Part shown: piece by piece, positions 41,039-57,570 of the stretch | How positions within the stretch are numbered: the stretch's first letter is position 1 | Layout: the number at the start of each line of letters is the position of its first letter | Assembly (NCBI GenBank): GCA_951406725.2 | Contig: OX597838.1 | Location: forward strand, 30,814,001-30,878,000 | Direction of reading: 5' to 3' | Source: Octopus vulgaris | Lineage: Eukaryota | DNA: 64,000 nucleotides | Made by a program: the position numbers and the translations under genes | The notes under the pieces: model-generated | Database searches by the model: none | Told to the model about the DNA's origin: nothing | Seen by the model: the letters and a program-made list of their open reading frames with translations, nothing else

Positions 41039-41251
41039 TCTGTCGCTTACAAAATACAATTTCCAGAACTAGATACAGAACGCTCAACCGAAATCGAGTA
41101 TGTATAAAGTTCTACAATATTATATTTGGGTGTAAATTTTTCAAATGTCTTCACTTTGGCGCGCTGAGGCCCGGAAATTACTCTGCAGTTAATAAATTTC
41201 AGCAACCAATTTACCGGTTTGAGAACATTTTTAATTTAAAATTAACTTTGT

Positions 41252-41319
<68 letters not shown>

Positions 41320-41321
41320 GT

Positions 41322-41369
<48 letters not shown>

Positions 41370-41379
41370 TATATATATA

Positions 41380-41414
<35 letters not shown>

Positions 41415-41947
41415 ATATATATATACATACATATATATATATAAATAAATAGATATATATATATTGTTTTTTTACTTGTTTCAGTCATTTACACACACAC
41501 ACATACACATTAATATATAAAATTCAGATGCATATGTGTGTGTGTGTGTGTTTGTGTTTGTGTGTGCGCGTGCGTGTACAACAAAAGGAAAACAAGATAT
41601 GCAAATACAGAGACGAACACATACTCATACCCATACTTTGGACAGCGTTACCACCTGCGCTCCTAATCACCACCACCACCACCACCACCACTTCATCCAC
41701 CACCACCACCACCACTTCATCCACCACCACCACCACCGCTACCGCCACAATCGCCACCATCCCGTCGCCATTTTTAGAGTACAGCGTGACATTGTTACAT
41801 TTATGACGGCACCCAGCAGAGAAGAGCGCAGAGGGGGGGAACCGGTGGCACAGTAATATCTCTTCAGAACTGAAAGATCAAAGATAAATAAGTAGAGCAA
41901 TAGGGAATGGTAAATGGCTCACTACTGACGCTTTGTGTGTGTGCGTG

Positions 41948-42020
<73 letters not shown>

Positions 42021-42359
42021 TTGCACCGTCATATATGTATGTGTATATACGCGGAAATATATAGGCTTATGTTAATATGGAACCACTGTGTGTATACGTG
42101 TATCAGTGATTGCACCATTTTGTATGTATGTATGTATGTATGTATGTATGTATGTATGTATGTACATAGATGCATATATACAATAGTGCAAACGCAGATA
42201 CACAAACACAGCGATTCCATCTTAATATAAGCCTATATATGTGTGTGTGTATATACATATACACACACATATAATGTATATATGCATAGTGTATATATAT
42301 GTACAGTGTGTGTATACATATATATCTATCTATATATATAAGCAATACATATATATATA

Positions 42360-42398
<39 letters not shown>

Positions 42399-42784
42399 TT
42401 ATATATATATATTTATTTATTTATATATATATGTATATATATATGTACGCACTATACATATATATGTTTATGTATATGTACTGTTAAAATCACAGACATA
42501 TACACATCTCGATTATATATATGCATGTATGTGCATGTGTGTGTGTGTGTACGTATATATTTATGTACATATGTGTATGTGGTATTGTGAGTCTGTGATT
42601 TCTGATTGTGTGTGAATATGGAGAAAGTACATAAACGCATTCAAGACCTCGCGGGTATACAAACATGTGGACGTGAGTGTATATACATTATAGGTGTATA
42701 TAACAGCATGTACATTATTTTGTATAGGCGGCCCTGTGTATGTGTGTATGTATCTGTATGTACACACACACACACACACACACA

Positions 42785-43131
42785 CATATCTGTGGGTGTG
42801 CGAGAAGAAGCTTACTTCCCAAGCACATGGTTCCGGGTTCGGTTCCACTGCGTAGCACCTTAGGCACACAGTTTCGTGCTCTTACCGTTATACATATATA
42901 TATACTCTTTACTCCTTTATTTGTTTCAGTCATTTGACTTCGGCCATGCTGGAGCACCACCTTTAGTCGAACAAATCGACCCCGGGATTTATTCTTTGTA
43001 AGCCTAGTACTTATTCTATCGGTCTCTTTTGCCGAACCGCTAGGTGACGAGGACATAAACACACCAGCATCGGTTGTCAGGCGATGTTGGGGGACACACA
43101 GACACACAAACATATACACACACAAACACAA

Positions 43132-43171
<40 letters not shown>

Positions 43172-43742
43172 ACGACGGGCTTCTTTCAGTTTCCGCCTAC
43201 CAAATCCACTCACAAGGCTTTGGTCAGCCCGAGGCTATAGTAGAAGACACTTGTCCAAGGTGCCATGCAATAGGATTGAACCCGGAACCATGTGGTTGGT
43301 AAGCAAGCTACTTACCACACAGTTACTCCTGCGCCTATATATATATATATATATATATTTTATCTTCTGGGTTTTCCTTGTTTCAGTCTCTAGACTGCGG
43401 CCATACTGGAGCACAGTCTTGATACTTATTTTTATAAAACTCTTTTGCTGAACCGCTATGTTACGGCAACGGAAAAATACCAACACCTGTTGTGAAGCGG
43501 TGGTGGGGGACACACACAGACACACACGCACACACATATAGAAATGCACACACACACGCACACACATATAGAAATGCACACACACACGCACACACATACT
43601 CACACACACAAACACGCGCGCGCACACACGCACACACGCTCTCCTCCCACATACATGTATTTATACTACGGGCTTCTTCCAGTTTCCGTTTACCAAATCC
43701 AGGTACAAGGCTTTGGTCGGTCCGTGGCATATTAGAAGACAC
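42785..43742. mobile_element. Three family-1 SINEs (head + 42785-42865; full - 42904-43335; old - 43375-43742)
   Basis: Homology to the other copies. Confidence 0.85.
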
Positions 43743-43927
43743 TAGTCATGTTGACCATCCATACATATATATCTCTTATACATATTTGTACGAGTGTGTG
43801 TGTATCTGTGCATCTATATATTTATGCATGTATGTACGTGTGTGCATGTATACATATATATATGTACACACACACAGAGCGGTAATAAGAAAATACTATA
43901 ACAAAAGATTATCTTCTGAACTTCATT

Positions 43928-44009
43928 AGCTGACTGCTGTTTCTGCTATAAATCGGAGTGTAATCATATTTGAGTGCGTGTGTCACACCTTATTGCTTCA
44001 TCAGAAACT
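43928..44009 (-). ncRNA. Type I hammerhead motif, partly decayed
   Basis: CUGAUGA (44004-43998) ... GAAACAGCAGUC, with an extended stem II and weak stem I. Confidence 0.5.
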
Positions 44010-44046
44010 CGAATATAATCTTTTATTCCTTTGTCATCTCATTTTC

Positions 44047-44095
<49 letters not shown>

Positions 44096-44098
44096 TTA

Positions 44099-44994
44099 CT
44101 AGCTGACGTGCCCGGTAATTCCCGGAAAAGCGGGGCTTATCCCTTGGTTCCGTACTCATAATTGTTCCGCTAATCTAATAACAACAATAGAAAGTGTGTA
44201 GCCCTTAAAACGATTTTGGTGCATTTACAGAGAATACTGAACTGTCTTACACAGGATCTAGTTTTTAGGAATTTCCAATGAATGCCTAAATTGTGAAGTC
44301 AGTTATGTAATAACGTGAAATTAGTTACCCGATAGTAAGAATTCAAATAAAGTAGCCCCGAAAAGGACCGTAATGCGTTTCCAGAGTATATAGAACTTGG
44401 GAGGAAATACTAATAAGTTATGTAAACTAAAATCGTGAAGCATGTTGCGTAATAACAGGCTAACCAGATATGAGATAATAACAATTAAAAGTAAATAACT
44501 CTGAAAAGGGCTTTTGTGCGTCCCCAGAGAATATTACCCTCAGGGGCGCTAGTATATTGGTATATTCGTGAATAAGTCACTAACCGATATAATTGGATCT
44601 ATTGTTTTGGAGAATACTATTTACTTGTTTAAGTGTTGTTCTGGGTAAATTGCGAAAATAACTCTAACAGTTCAAATACTAAGAAATAAGTATAGTCAAT
44701 TTGATTTATACCAAATGATTTAGGAAAATGAATGGGTTATTTCCCTTGGCTGTTAAAATCTGGGCGAATGTGTTATATACTTTGACTGTTAAAATGAGAT
44801 ATATCAGATATACATATAAATCCCTTCCAGGGGCCCTATTATCGATTTTTTCAACAACCAGAGTATGCTATGAAGTTTCCCGACATGAGTTCTACTCATG
44901 TGTCAAGTTTCATCAAAATCGATAAAACAATGTAGGGGGAGTTAGCTAACAACCCGACAAACACACCCACAGAATTTCCCACATATGTAGTAGA
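44099..44994 (-). mobile_element. Non-autonomous Helitron
   Basis: 5' TC, subterminal CCGGGAATTACCGG hairpin, 3' CTAG, inserted between A and T. Confidence 0.8.
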
Positions 44995-45017
44995 TAATAT
45001 GTAAAATGTATGTTGTT

Positions 45018-45043
<26 letters not shown>

Positions 45044-45048
<5 letters not shown>

Positions 45049-45288
45049 TGCAGCGTGGAAGGTGTTTGTAAGCCATTTACGAAACACACAAAAGCCGTTC
45101 GATTCACTTTAACATTTAAGTTTAATTTGTCAAAATATTTTCGTCGCTATAAGACCGCGCCCTGTTCACTGACAAAAATCCGTGCTGCAGCACGATGGCT
45201 TAACAAACATCCTCCACACTGCAATTGTTTTCGTTCCAGCACACGATCTCAGATCAAATCACTTGCTATGCAAGTACATCTCCGTAAT
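45044..45288. mobile_element. PLE-type terminal repeat with inversion; G3-C8 HHR variant at 45127-45175 (-)
   Basis: Minus strand UUGUCA-GUGAACA-G-GGCGC..GCGAC-GAA-AAUAUU-U-UGACAA. Confidence 0.75.
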
Positions 45289-45300
45289 ATATATATATAT

Positions 45301-45383
<83 letters not shown>

Positions 45384-46098
45384 CATAAATATATCTATGC
45401 ATATACATATATATAAATATATATTATATATAAATGAATGTATTGTGTGTATAAACATACATACATACACATATTTATGTATGTAAATATATATGTGTAT
45501 GTATATGATGTGTGTAAACACCCTCTTAGACAAACATACATGTAGGTTGCGCTAATGACTAACAAATACAACTGAGGACATTAAAACATTAAAACTTCCT
45601 ACCACCAACACCACCTCCACCACCAGCACCACCACCACCAACAACAACAACAACAACAAAAATAACATCAACAACAACACGAGCGCCATCATCAGCCCCG
45701 CCTCAACCACCATCATTACCACCACCACCACCACCACAACTAAAATCGACCCGCTCCTCCCCCCCCAACCATCATTACCACCATCCCCACCGCCCTCGTC
45801 CCCTTCATGTCCTCATTATATGGGTTTGTCCAACACCATTGAGCCACCAATTCGGACGTCACGGTCTATTTCCCCTCAGCTCTTTCATTCATTTAAACCC
45901 TGATAAATTAATGGCGACTCTCCACGCCCCACCCCGCCTCCGCTTCCCTCGCCATATTCTTATCTATTTATCTGTCTCTATCTATCGAAATATCTTCTTT
46001 CTTTTGATCTTTCTCTCCCTTTCTCCGACACACTGTGTGTGTGTGTGTGTTTGTGTGTCTCAGTGTGTGTGTGTGTGCGTATGTATATATATATATAA

Positions 46099-46212
<114 letters not shown>

Positions 46213-46393
46213 TGTATGTATATATATATATATAAATGCACTTGTAAATATAAATATATATGTACTTTAAATATAAATACATATATACATACTTGCGCGC
46301 ATACATACATATACATACATTCATACGCGCGCGCACACAAGCATACGCACACATACACATACATAAAAACATATATCTATTCTATTTGTATTT

Positions 46394-46437
<44 letters not shown>

Positions 46438-46521
46438 TTGGGTATGATTAGTGAAATTTTGGTAGTAATGACTTATGTCCCTCTTAGTGTGAGGCAGGCA
46501 TTTATGTGTAATAATGCCCTC

Positions 46522-46620
<99 letters not shown>

Positions 46621-46650
46621 TGTATGTATGTATGCATATATCCACAAATA

Positions 46651-47032
46651 GGCTCTGGCGCGGCTGTGTGGTAAGAAGTTTGTTTCCCAAACACATGGTT
46701 CCGGGATCAGTTCCACTGCCTGGCACCATAGGCAAGTGCCTTCTACTATAGGGCCGACCAAAGCCTTGTGAGTGGATTTGCTAGACGGAAACTGAAACAA
46801 GCCCATCGTATATATGTATATATGTATTTGCATGTCTGTGTTAGTCACCCCACCATAGCTTGACAACCGATGTTGGTGTGTTTACTTCCCCATAACTTAG
46901 CAGTTCGGCCAAAGTGACCGGTAGAATAAGTACCATGCGTTTACAAAGAATAAGTCCAGGTGTTGATTTGCTCAACTAAAAGGCGGTTTTCCAGCGTGGC
47001 CATTAGTCAAAATGACTAAAACAAGTAAAAGA
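46651..47032 (+). mobile_element. Family-1 SINE
   Basis: Homology to the other copies. Confidence 0.85.
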
Positions 47033-47059
47033 ATAATATATGTATGCATATGTATTACC

Positions 47060-47343
<284 letters not shown>

Positions 47344-48004
47344 ATATATATATATATATAATATATAATATGTATAAATAGATAGATACATACATACATA
47401 CATACCTACATACATACATGCATACATACATATATACGTATATATACACAGGTACATCTACATGCACGCTCACATATATTTCCATGCAAATACATATACA
47501 TACACATGCACACACACATACGTGCACGCACACATGCGTACGTGCACACATGCGTACGTGCACACATACGCACACGCGCACCCACCTATATAAAACCGTT
47601 ATTGGGTAACGATCCGCTGAAGTACTCAATACCAACTTGGTGTGTTTTTATTTAAGCCACTGGCGTGGTTCATCTTGAATTGTCCAAAGAAACGGTTGCA
47701 TGCTGGGAGGACTCTAGAACAGGGACCCCGCCAAAGCTTTTTAGACCATCGGCCCCTTCATGGAATCCTTGTCTCCCACATCGACCCCTAGGCATGTACA
47801 AGAAAATAAATAAATAATGATTAAATAGATGTGCATTTAACGACCCTTTGAATAGCCCCATCGACCCTCCAGGGGTCGATATCAATCTCTTTGTAGATCC
47901 CTGCTCAAGAACCAATTTTAGCCTATGAACCCTTTAGATATACCTATTTTATTCGTGTGGACCCTCATAGCCATTCGATGTTAAAAAAAAAACACATAAA
48001 ACCT

Positions 48005-48512
48005 TTGGTTGTGTGGAAAGAAGCTTGCTTCCCAACCACACGGTTTCAGGTTCAGTCCCACTGCCTGACACCTAGAGCTACTGTCTATGCTATAGCCTCG
48101 GGCCGACTAAAGCTTTGTGAGTGGATTTGGTAGACGGAAACTGAAAGAAGCCCGTCGTATATACACAAAGCTATATAGATATATATGTGTGTGTATGTGC
48201 GTGAGTATATATATGCACACACTCACGCACACACACACACATATATATCTATCATATATATCTATCTATATATGTATGCATATATCTATGTGTGTGTCTT
48301 TGTGTCTGTGTTTCTGCTTTGCATCACCTCCTAACAACCGGGGTTGGTGAGTTTACGTCCCCGTAACCTAGCGGTGCGACAAAAGACAGACAGCATAAGT
48401 AACTAGGCTTTAAAAAAATTCCTGGGGTCGACTTTTGTTCGACTAAAATCCTGAAGGTGGTGCTCTAGCATGGCCGCAGTCAGATGACTGAATCAAGCAA
48501 CAGAGAAAAAGA
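48005..48512 (+). mobile_element. Family-1 SINE, diverged
   Basis: Homology to the other copies. Confidence 0.8.
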
Positions 48513-49424
48513 AAAGAACAAAACAACATGTCAACACTATTAAGAATTGTATAAAAATGATTAATTTCTGTCGCATATTGTGAAAATATATAAGTAATTT
48601 ATTTCAGATAAATTCTGTACAAAATCTTATGAGACAACACATGGTTAATTAAAAAAATAGTGTGAATAAATAAGCATTACGTTTGACAAAATAATCTGAT
48701 TGCTAAAGGGTATAAAGTTTATAAATTTCTCCAAAAAAAATATAACAAGTTTTTTTTCTAATTTTCATAAAGTCGCGTCTCGAAAAATAAAAATAACATG
48801 GCGCTTTTCTTTTACATAATATCGTCAGAGTATGTAGAGAATGCACGAATTTGATTGGTTAAAATTAAAAAAAAAATTCCGTAACAGGTTGGATTTTAAC
48901 ACACACACACACAAACACACACGTATGTGTATGTGTACGTGTGTATGTCTGTATAAAGAGAACACAAGCGATGTTTAAAATTTACAGCAGCTGTCTCACT
49001 AGAATTTTATCGATGTTTTCACAGATTACATCAAAGTATAAATCTTCAGGTAAAATTTTCAACAGGTAAGATATCAAACAGGTAAGACTTCATAGATCGA
49101 ACATAAACGAATCCTATGTCGTTGGTTTAGTGGTTCTTTAAAGAAGAACCATTCAAATTTACAGGAAAGCTTTTATACTTACACAGCACCTGGGACCAAC
49201 CGCAGAATGCCGGATCCACCATTTAAATTGGATTTGGTACTTACATATTTACAATATCCTTCCAACACTTGATGGCTTCATTGCTGTTTACCTCGCTGTG
49301 AACTCTGTGCTGTCATACCTAGCCATTTCTGGCGTCCTACGCGTTCATGTGCCTAGATTCTATTGAGTTCTTATAGCTAACACACACACGCGTACATATG
49401 TATACATATATATATATATATGTG

Positions 49425-49478
<54 letters not shown>

Positions 49479-49542
49479 AATATGTGTGTGTATGTATATA
49501 TATTTATACATATATATGTATGTGTATATATATGTATATATA

Positions 49543-49741
49543 GTTAATCCAAACAAGAAAGCACAAAAAAACACAACAACGCGAGGACGTGGAACAAATA
49601 TAGTATTATTGGACGCTCAGGAATGAAGGAGGGTTCAACGTTTCGAGCGGAGCTCTTCGTCGGAAACATAGGAGAAGGAAAGATCCAGAGAAGGGAAGAC
49701 ACAGGAAAAAAATCGCCAACGGTACACACGAGGTCACATTT
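49543..49741 (-). mobile_element. HHR-bearing PLE-type repeat (same family as 28945-29392)
   Basis: HHR-like motif at 49633-49667 with core CCGACGA. Confidence 0.8.
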
Positions 49742-49861
49742 GTATGTATATATATAAGAGAGAGAGAGAGTAGAGGAAAAAGAAACAAAAATCAAGACAG
49801 GATGAGAATCTCAGGTCATTTAGAGTGTTTAATTAGAGTAAGGTGAATTAGAAGTAATTTA

Positions 49862-49939
49862 TGCCTTACAGTTGTTTCTGGGTTATCTCAGGTGAGGGAA
49901 TAGCATCGCCATACACTGGGTATTCCGTCATCAGAGACA
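49862..49939 (-). ncRNA. Type I hammerhead motif with enlarged stem II domain
   Basis: UGUCU-CUGAUGA ... GAA-ACAACUGU-A-AGGCA, with internal GGAAUA/UAUUCC pairing. Confidence 0.55.
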
Positions 49940-50173
49940 AGGTGTGTATGCAGGAAAGTTCCCGACAGAGAATTCACAATGTATAAAAGAATAAAACAGT
50001 ATACAGAGGAATCTACTTTTCTACTCTAGGCACAAGGCCCGAAATTTTTGGGGAAGAGCCCAGTCGATTACAATTATGTCGTCCTGTATCGATCCCTGTC
50101 TTATGTTCGACCTTTTCGGCAAATTTTAATGTTTTCTGTGTTCTCCACAAATTGTTTTTGAATATAGTACACA

Positions 50174-50220
<47 letters not shown>

Positions 50221-50340
50221 ACACATAGATGCACACACACACATCTCTCTGTCTTTCTCTCTCTATTTGTCTGTCTGTCTGTCTGTCTCTCTTTATATAT
50301 ATATACACATTTGTATATAAATATATATGCAAATATTATA

Positions 50341-50389
<49 letters not shown>

Positions 50390-51106
50390 GTTGTATACTG
50401 TCAACTCAACGTGACAGTCCCGTAAGGGAATTACACCACCGCCATTTAGCCCTAGGAAACATCGACGTTTCCTGTCGGCTTTGACACATTTTCTGTGTCC
50501 TTATATTTGCAAAAGGGAAGCAATCCCCCCCACCACAACAACCACCATCACCACCACCACAACCACCACCACTCTCACCACCACCACCACCACCACCATC
50601 ACAACAACAACAACAGCACCAATTACCAATACCACCACTACCACCACAACAACGGCCACTACCACTACCATCACCAACATCACCCCCACCATCAGCATTA
50701 ACACCGCAACAACCACCACTATTACCACCACCACCACCACTACCATCACCGACATCAGCACTACCCCACCCCACCACCACCACCACTTCTACAATTACAA
50801 GAACGTTAAAAAGACTTCTACTGAAACCAGACGTAAGCGCAACACCATTCCTTGATTATTATCCGCTGACCAATCTTGACATAAGCAAAGAGATCCCTGT
50901 ATCAGATCGCAGACCGTTGCCACAAGCGTTCGCTAATAGGATCTCCCAATCGGTGCACGTACAAACTGCAACGCCTCTGCAACCGCCATCCGACGAATAT
51001 TAATCGACCTAACGCCAGTCTAGACGTCAATCTGGGCATCTCTCTACAACGAGCCAGAACACTTCCACAACACTATCCCGTCAACATTAACTTCTAATCA
51101 GTCTAG

Positions 51107-51137
<31 letters not shown>

Positions 51138-51314
51138 CACACACACACACACACACGCACGCACACACACACACGCACGCACACACACGCACGCACATAC
51201 ACACACGCACACACAGACACACACACACGCACGCACACACACACACGCACAAACGCGCGCACACACACACACGCACACACACACACACGCACGCACACAC
51301 AGACACACACGCAT

Positions 51315-51400
<86 letters not shown>

Positions 51401-51831
51401 CTAGACAGATACATATACAACACTGTAGAAGACAACAACTACAGCAACCCCGGCTTACGAATATTATCCGCTAATCAGTCTCGACATGTATCGAGTTACG
51501 TCTCTAACAGCCTAGAACACTTCCACAACACCAACGAAAGAAAAGTTTCCCACTCCCCCACAACCCGTCTAGACATGCCGTTCTTAACCTGGTGGGGGAA
51601 GTTTCAGCCTTCCTGAGGGAAATCTGGTGATTCCGGCGAAGAAATTGGGAATTGTTTTTAAGTTACAGACATTCACAAAATTCGTTATCCGGTTCGGCAA
51701 AAAAGACCGATAGAATAAGTACTGGGCTTACAAAGAATAAGTCCCGGGGTCGATTTGCTCGACTAAAGGCGGTGCTCCAGCACGGCCACAGTCAAATGAC
51801 TGAAACAAGTAAAAGAGTAAAAGAGTATTAT

Positions 51832-52138
51832 TTCGTTTTTGTGTTTGGTTTGCAAGATTCTTTATTTGAGTTCGTGTGTTGAAGCATATTCTGTTGTGTC
51901 TGGAGAGAGTCATTTTCGTTTTGTGCCTTATAATCTAACACACTCACCGGTAAAACTTCCACTTTTTTCTTATTTTTATTTTCCTAAAATTTTCGTTGCG
52001 TCTTGCAACCTTTTCAATAGTTTTGAAACTATTTTAGGAAAATAAAAATAAGAGAAAAGTGGAAATTTTACCGGTGAGTGTGTTAGATTATAAGGCAAAA
52101 AAAAAAGAAAAATGTCTCTCCCCAGACACAACAGAATC
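51832..52138. mobile_element. PLE-type terminal repeat, inverted arms; U3-A8 HHR variant at 51984-52020 (-)
   Basis: Minus strand CUA-UUGAAAA-G-GUUGC-AAGAC-GCAAC-GAA-AAUU-U-UAG. Confidence 0.75.
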
Positions 52139-52741
52139 TTTATCATTACTTTCCCAGTTTTTACCAGATTAATTTTCATTAATGACGATTTTAAAGATTA
52201 ATGCCAAATTAATACAAGGGTTTTAATATTACATAATAAACAGTGTTGTATACTAAACTACTTTGGAAAGAAGTTGCTGATGTTACATAATAGCGTTGTT
52301 TTGTGACTGTATTCTAAAACGACATCTGTCTCCATCTCCAGATGTCTTGATCTGGTCTTGCTGCTGGTTTGAAGATGATCACGGACGAGAGAGTAAGGTT
52401 AAGGATATGCAACTCTTCTTCACTTCAAACAAAGCCAATGCACAAGTCACCAGTTGTCCTTAAGGATGACCAAATGGTCTTCGTCCACCCGACGGACGAG
52501 CATTACAGACCTGTCGATGTTATGCAATAATCGTGTTGTATTCAAGACTACTTTAATAGAAAGTTATTAATGTTATGTAACAGTGATATTTAGAAAACGG
52601 GCTTCATATACTTTTTATATTTCGGGACGGTCATTGTTTTGGACAAAAAAACACACGCACTATCTACTCGTTCTTCACTTCAGCTATTATTATTATTATT
52701 ATTTTAGTGTCCATTCAGAATGGACTAAACAGGAGGATTAC

Positions 52742-52810
<69 letters not shown>

Positions 52811-52878
52811 ATAATAATATATTATTATTATTATAATATTAATTGTTATTATTATTATTATCAGTACTATTGTTGTTG

Positions 52879-52924
<46 letters not shown>

Positions 52925-53029
52925 CATTATTATTATTAAAATTATTATTGTTATTTTAGTGTCCATTCAGAATGGATGATGAGATGATGACGCTGAATAC
53001 AGGATGTGTATCGATGATCAAGGACATGA

Positions 53030-53086
<57 letters not shown>

Positions 53087-53093
53087 GTAGGAG

Positions 53094-53484
53094 CAGCGCT
53101 GGATTAGCAATTAGCCAATAAGCACGTGCTTAGGGCATGAAAGCAAGTGGGGTTCACGATACAAAAGAAATCAATTTAAAATTGCTAAAATGGTGTTCGA
53201 AGTGGTTTATATGATTGGAAATAAAATTTCCAATGTTCATGATACCTTAGCGAGGATCTGATCAATGACTCTGCTATTACAGAAAGAGAAAAATTTTCAA
53301 AAATGAATGAAGCGGAATAATGCATAAATAAAGAATATTTTCCACCATTTTGTTAGTTTCATTTAATTTTGAAAACTAAAATTTATTTTAGTGTTTGTTG
53401 TTGTTTACATTTTGAATTACAAATATACGGGGTACCAAAATCTTTTAAGTGCTTAGGTCCTTTGTGGGTCTTAATCCGGCCCTG
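53094..53484. mobile_element. Old hAT-type MITE
   Basis: Imperfect TIRs CAGCGCTGGATTA/TAATCCGGCCCTG; the TSD is degenerate. Confidence 0.6.
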
Positions 53485-53566
53485 AACTGGAGTGAAGGAC
53501 ACTAATATTAAGGACGTGTGTTTATTAGGCAAAAATACAAAAAAAAAAAAAAAAAAAGAATGACCA

Positions 53567-53970
53567 GGCTGTGTGGTAAGTAGCTTGTTTACCAACCACA
53601 TGGTTCCGGGTTCAGTCCCACTGCGTGGCACCTTGGGCAAGTGTCTTCTACTATAGCCTCAGGCCGACCAAAGAGTTGTGAGTGGATTTGGTAGACGGAA
53701 ACTGAAAGAAGCCCGTCGTATATATATGTTTGTGTGTGTGTGTGTGTGTGTGCGTCTGTGTGTGTGTCTGTGTTTGTACCCCCAACATCGCTTGACAACA
53801 GATGTTGGTGTGTTTACGTCCCCGTAACTTAACGGTTCGGCAAGAGAGACCGATAGAATAAGTACTAGGCTTACAAAGAATAAGTCCTGGGGTCGGTTTG
53901 CTCGACTAAAAGCGGTGCTCCAGCATGGCCGCAGTTAAATGACTGAAACAAATAAAAGAAGAAAAGAAAG
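53567..53970 (+). mobile_element. Family-1 SINE, near full length
   Basis: Homology to the other copies. Confidence 0.9.
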
Positions 53971-55443
53971 AATAAAAAAAAGAAACCTCCTAACAACCTA
54001 TAACACTATCTGTTTCATGACACGACTTCACATTAGGAATCTTGCAAAACAAATACATAAATGTATCCGGATATAAAGCTGTTGATGTTATGTACCAGTG
54101 TCGTATATAAGATCACTTTAATATAAAGCTGTTAATGTGAGGTAATAGTGTTGTAGACAAGACTGCTGTTGCTTCTAATTCAGATACGAAGTCAACAGTT
54201 TTTTTCAAGGAGAGTGTGTTAGTCAATACTGTTGACTCTAGTACTTGACTGGTAGTTTACTTGTCATCGATCTCAAGAGGGTGAAAAGCAAAGTTGATCT
54301 CTAAAGATACTTTGCTGTTAACGTTATGTAATCGATAGTTTTGTATACAAGATAACTTAAATATAAAGCTGTTAATGTTATTTAATAGTGTTTTATAAAA
54401 AAAAACTACTTTAATGTAAGGTTGTCAATGTTATGTAATAAATAACTGTATATAAGACTATGTTAATATAATGCTGTTAATGCTATATAATAAACAATAT
54501 CGTATACAAGACTGTTGTTGTTTCTAATTTATGCACAAGGCTAGAAATTTTCTTAAGGGTGGGTTTTGTTATTAATATCGACCGCAGTACTGGCAGTTTA
54601 TTTTATCGAAATGGGAGGAATGAAAGATAAAGTTATCACGGCGAGATTTGAACTCAGAATGTAAAGAACCGGAAGAAATAATGCCAGGCATTATACCCAA
54701 AAGTCTAACAATTATGCAAGGTAATTAACGTTATGTATACAGACATCGATGAATACAAAAGTACTTTAATATAAAGTCGTTAATGTTAGGTAATCATTGT
54801 TTTGCATAGAAGGTTACTTAGTCTCTTATCAGATGGAGGTGAAAATTGAAACGATAAAACACATAAAGCAGGGTAGAAATACAGAGAATAAAATATAAAT
54901 GTAAAATGAAATAAAAAGCTAAGAAACAGTGGCGTGGAGTGTACATCAGTAGTTCTGAACCATTGTTTACCTATGGACCCGATTCATTACAATTTTTTTC
55001 TGGTGGACCTCCGGAGCCATTCAATGTTTAAAAACTAGTTTTATAGATACTTTGTGTGTTTACGTTCCAGTAACTTTAGTGGTCCCGGAAAACAGACCGA
55101 TAAAATAAGTTCCAGACTTTAAAAAAAAATAATAAATAAAAGATACTGGGGTCGATTGATTCGACTAAAAATTCTTCAAGGCGGTGCCCCAGCATGGCCG
55201 CAGACTGAAACAAGCAAAACATAAAAGATGACAAGATTGCAAGGAGGTTTTCTTCCAAATTCTGTCGCATGTCTTCGAAGAAATCGCCAATGACGTCATT
55301 GATTGGCCACCTCTTTTCGGGATGGAGAGAAGGTTGGAATGATCATGGCTGGATTGCTTTTGATCATAGGTTTTCTCGATCAGGACTGACCAGTAGTTAA
55401 AACAATAACACCAATCTAGACACGCACATTTGATAAACACACT

Positions 55444-55474
<31 letters not shown>

Positions 55475-55658
55475 ACACACACAGAGATACATTTAAAGAC
55501 ACGCATACACACTACAATTTATAAACACATTCTCACACACACACAAGCACTCTCTCTCTCTCTCTGCACACAAACATACGTTCTGATAAGCACCCAAGCA
55601 TTCACGCACGCACTCACACACACACAAAAACACATGAACATATATGCTCATCTTGATA

Positions 55659-55707
<49 letters not shown>

Positions 55708-56594
55708 ACACGCACACACTGACATGTTTGCTCTTATACACATTCTCATACACACATACTCTCTCTCTCTCTCTCTTTCTCTCTCTGCCTCTCTCTCATA
55801 CACACACACAAACACAAACACATATACACATTCTGATATATAATGCAAGCACTCACACACACACACACACCCACACAGACACACACACACACACACACAC
55901 ATACTGACATGTTTGCTCTTATACACATTCTCATACACACGTACTCGCTCTCTCTCTCTCTCACACACACACACAAATACACACACACACAAGCACACAA
56001 ACACATATACACATTCTCGATATATAATGCAAGCACTCACGCAAACACCCCCCCATACACACCCACCCACACAGACACACACATATACAAGCACACACAT
56101 GCACACTTCTAATACATACACACGCTACCCGTGTGTACCGAGATACATGCCCACACGCACGCGAAGAAACATCACCGAAGAATGTATGTGAGGGGTGGGT
56201 GGGGGTCGGAGAAGGTGGTGGCGGCGGTGGCGATGTAAACAGCTGAAAACATTGCGAAGATTATTAAGAAGAGAAACGTAATAAACACACACAGAGAGAA
56301 AGGTGATGGGGAAGGTGGGCGTGGGTGGTGGTGGTGGGCGTGGTGGTGGTGGCGGTGGTGGTGGTGGTGGTGGAGGGGCAGGGCGAGGAAGATGGTGGCG
56401 CTAGTAGATGGGTGGGTGGGTGGGGGGAGAGAGAAGAAGGCAAGGAAGAAAGAAATAAAGAAAAAAAAAGAAAGAAAGAAAAGAAGAAAGAAAGGAAGGA
56501 AGGAAATAGGAAATGAAGAGAAGAGGGAGGGAGGGAAGTGAAGAAGTCAAGAACTAAATGTAGGACACATTTCGAAATAATGAACAGTCGATTT

Positions 56595-57570
<976 letters not shown>

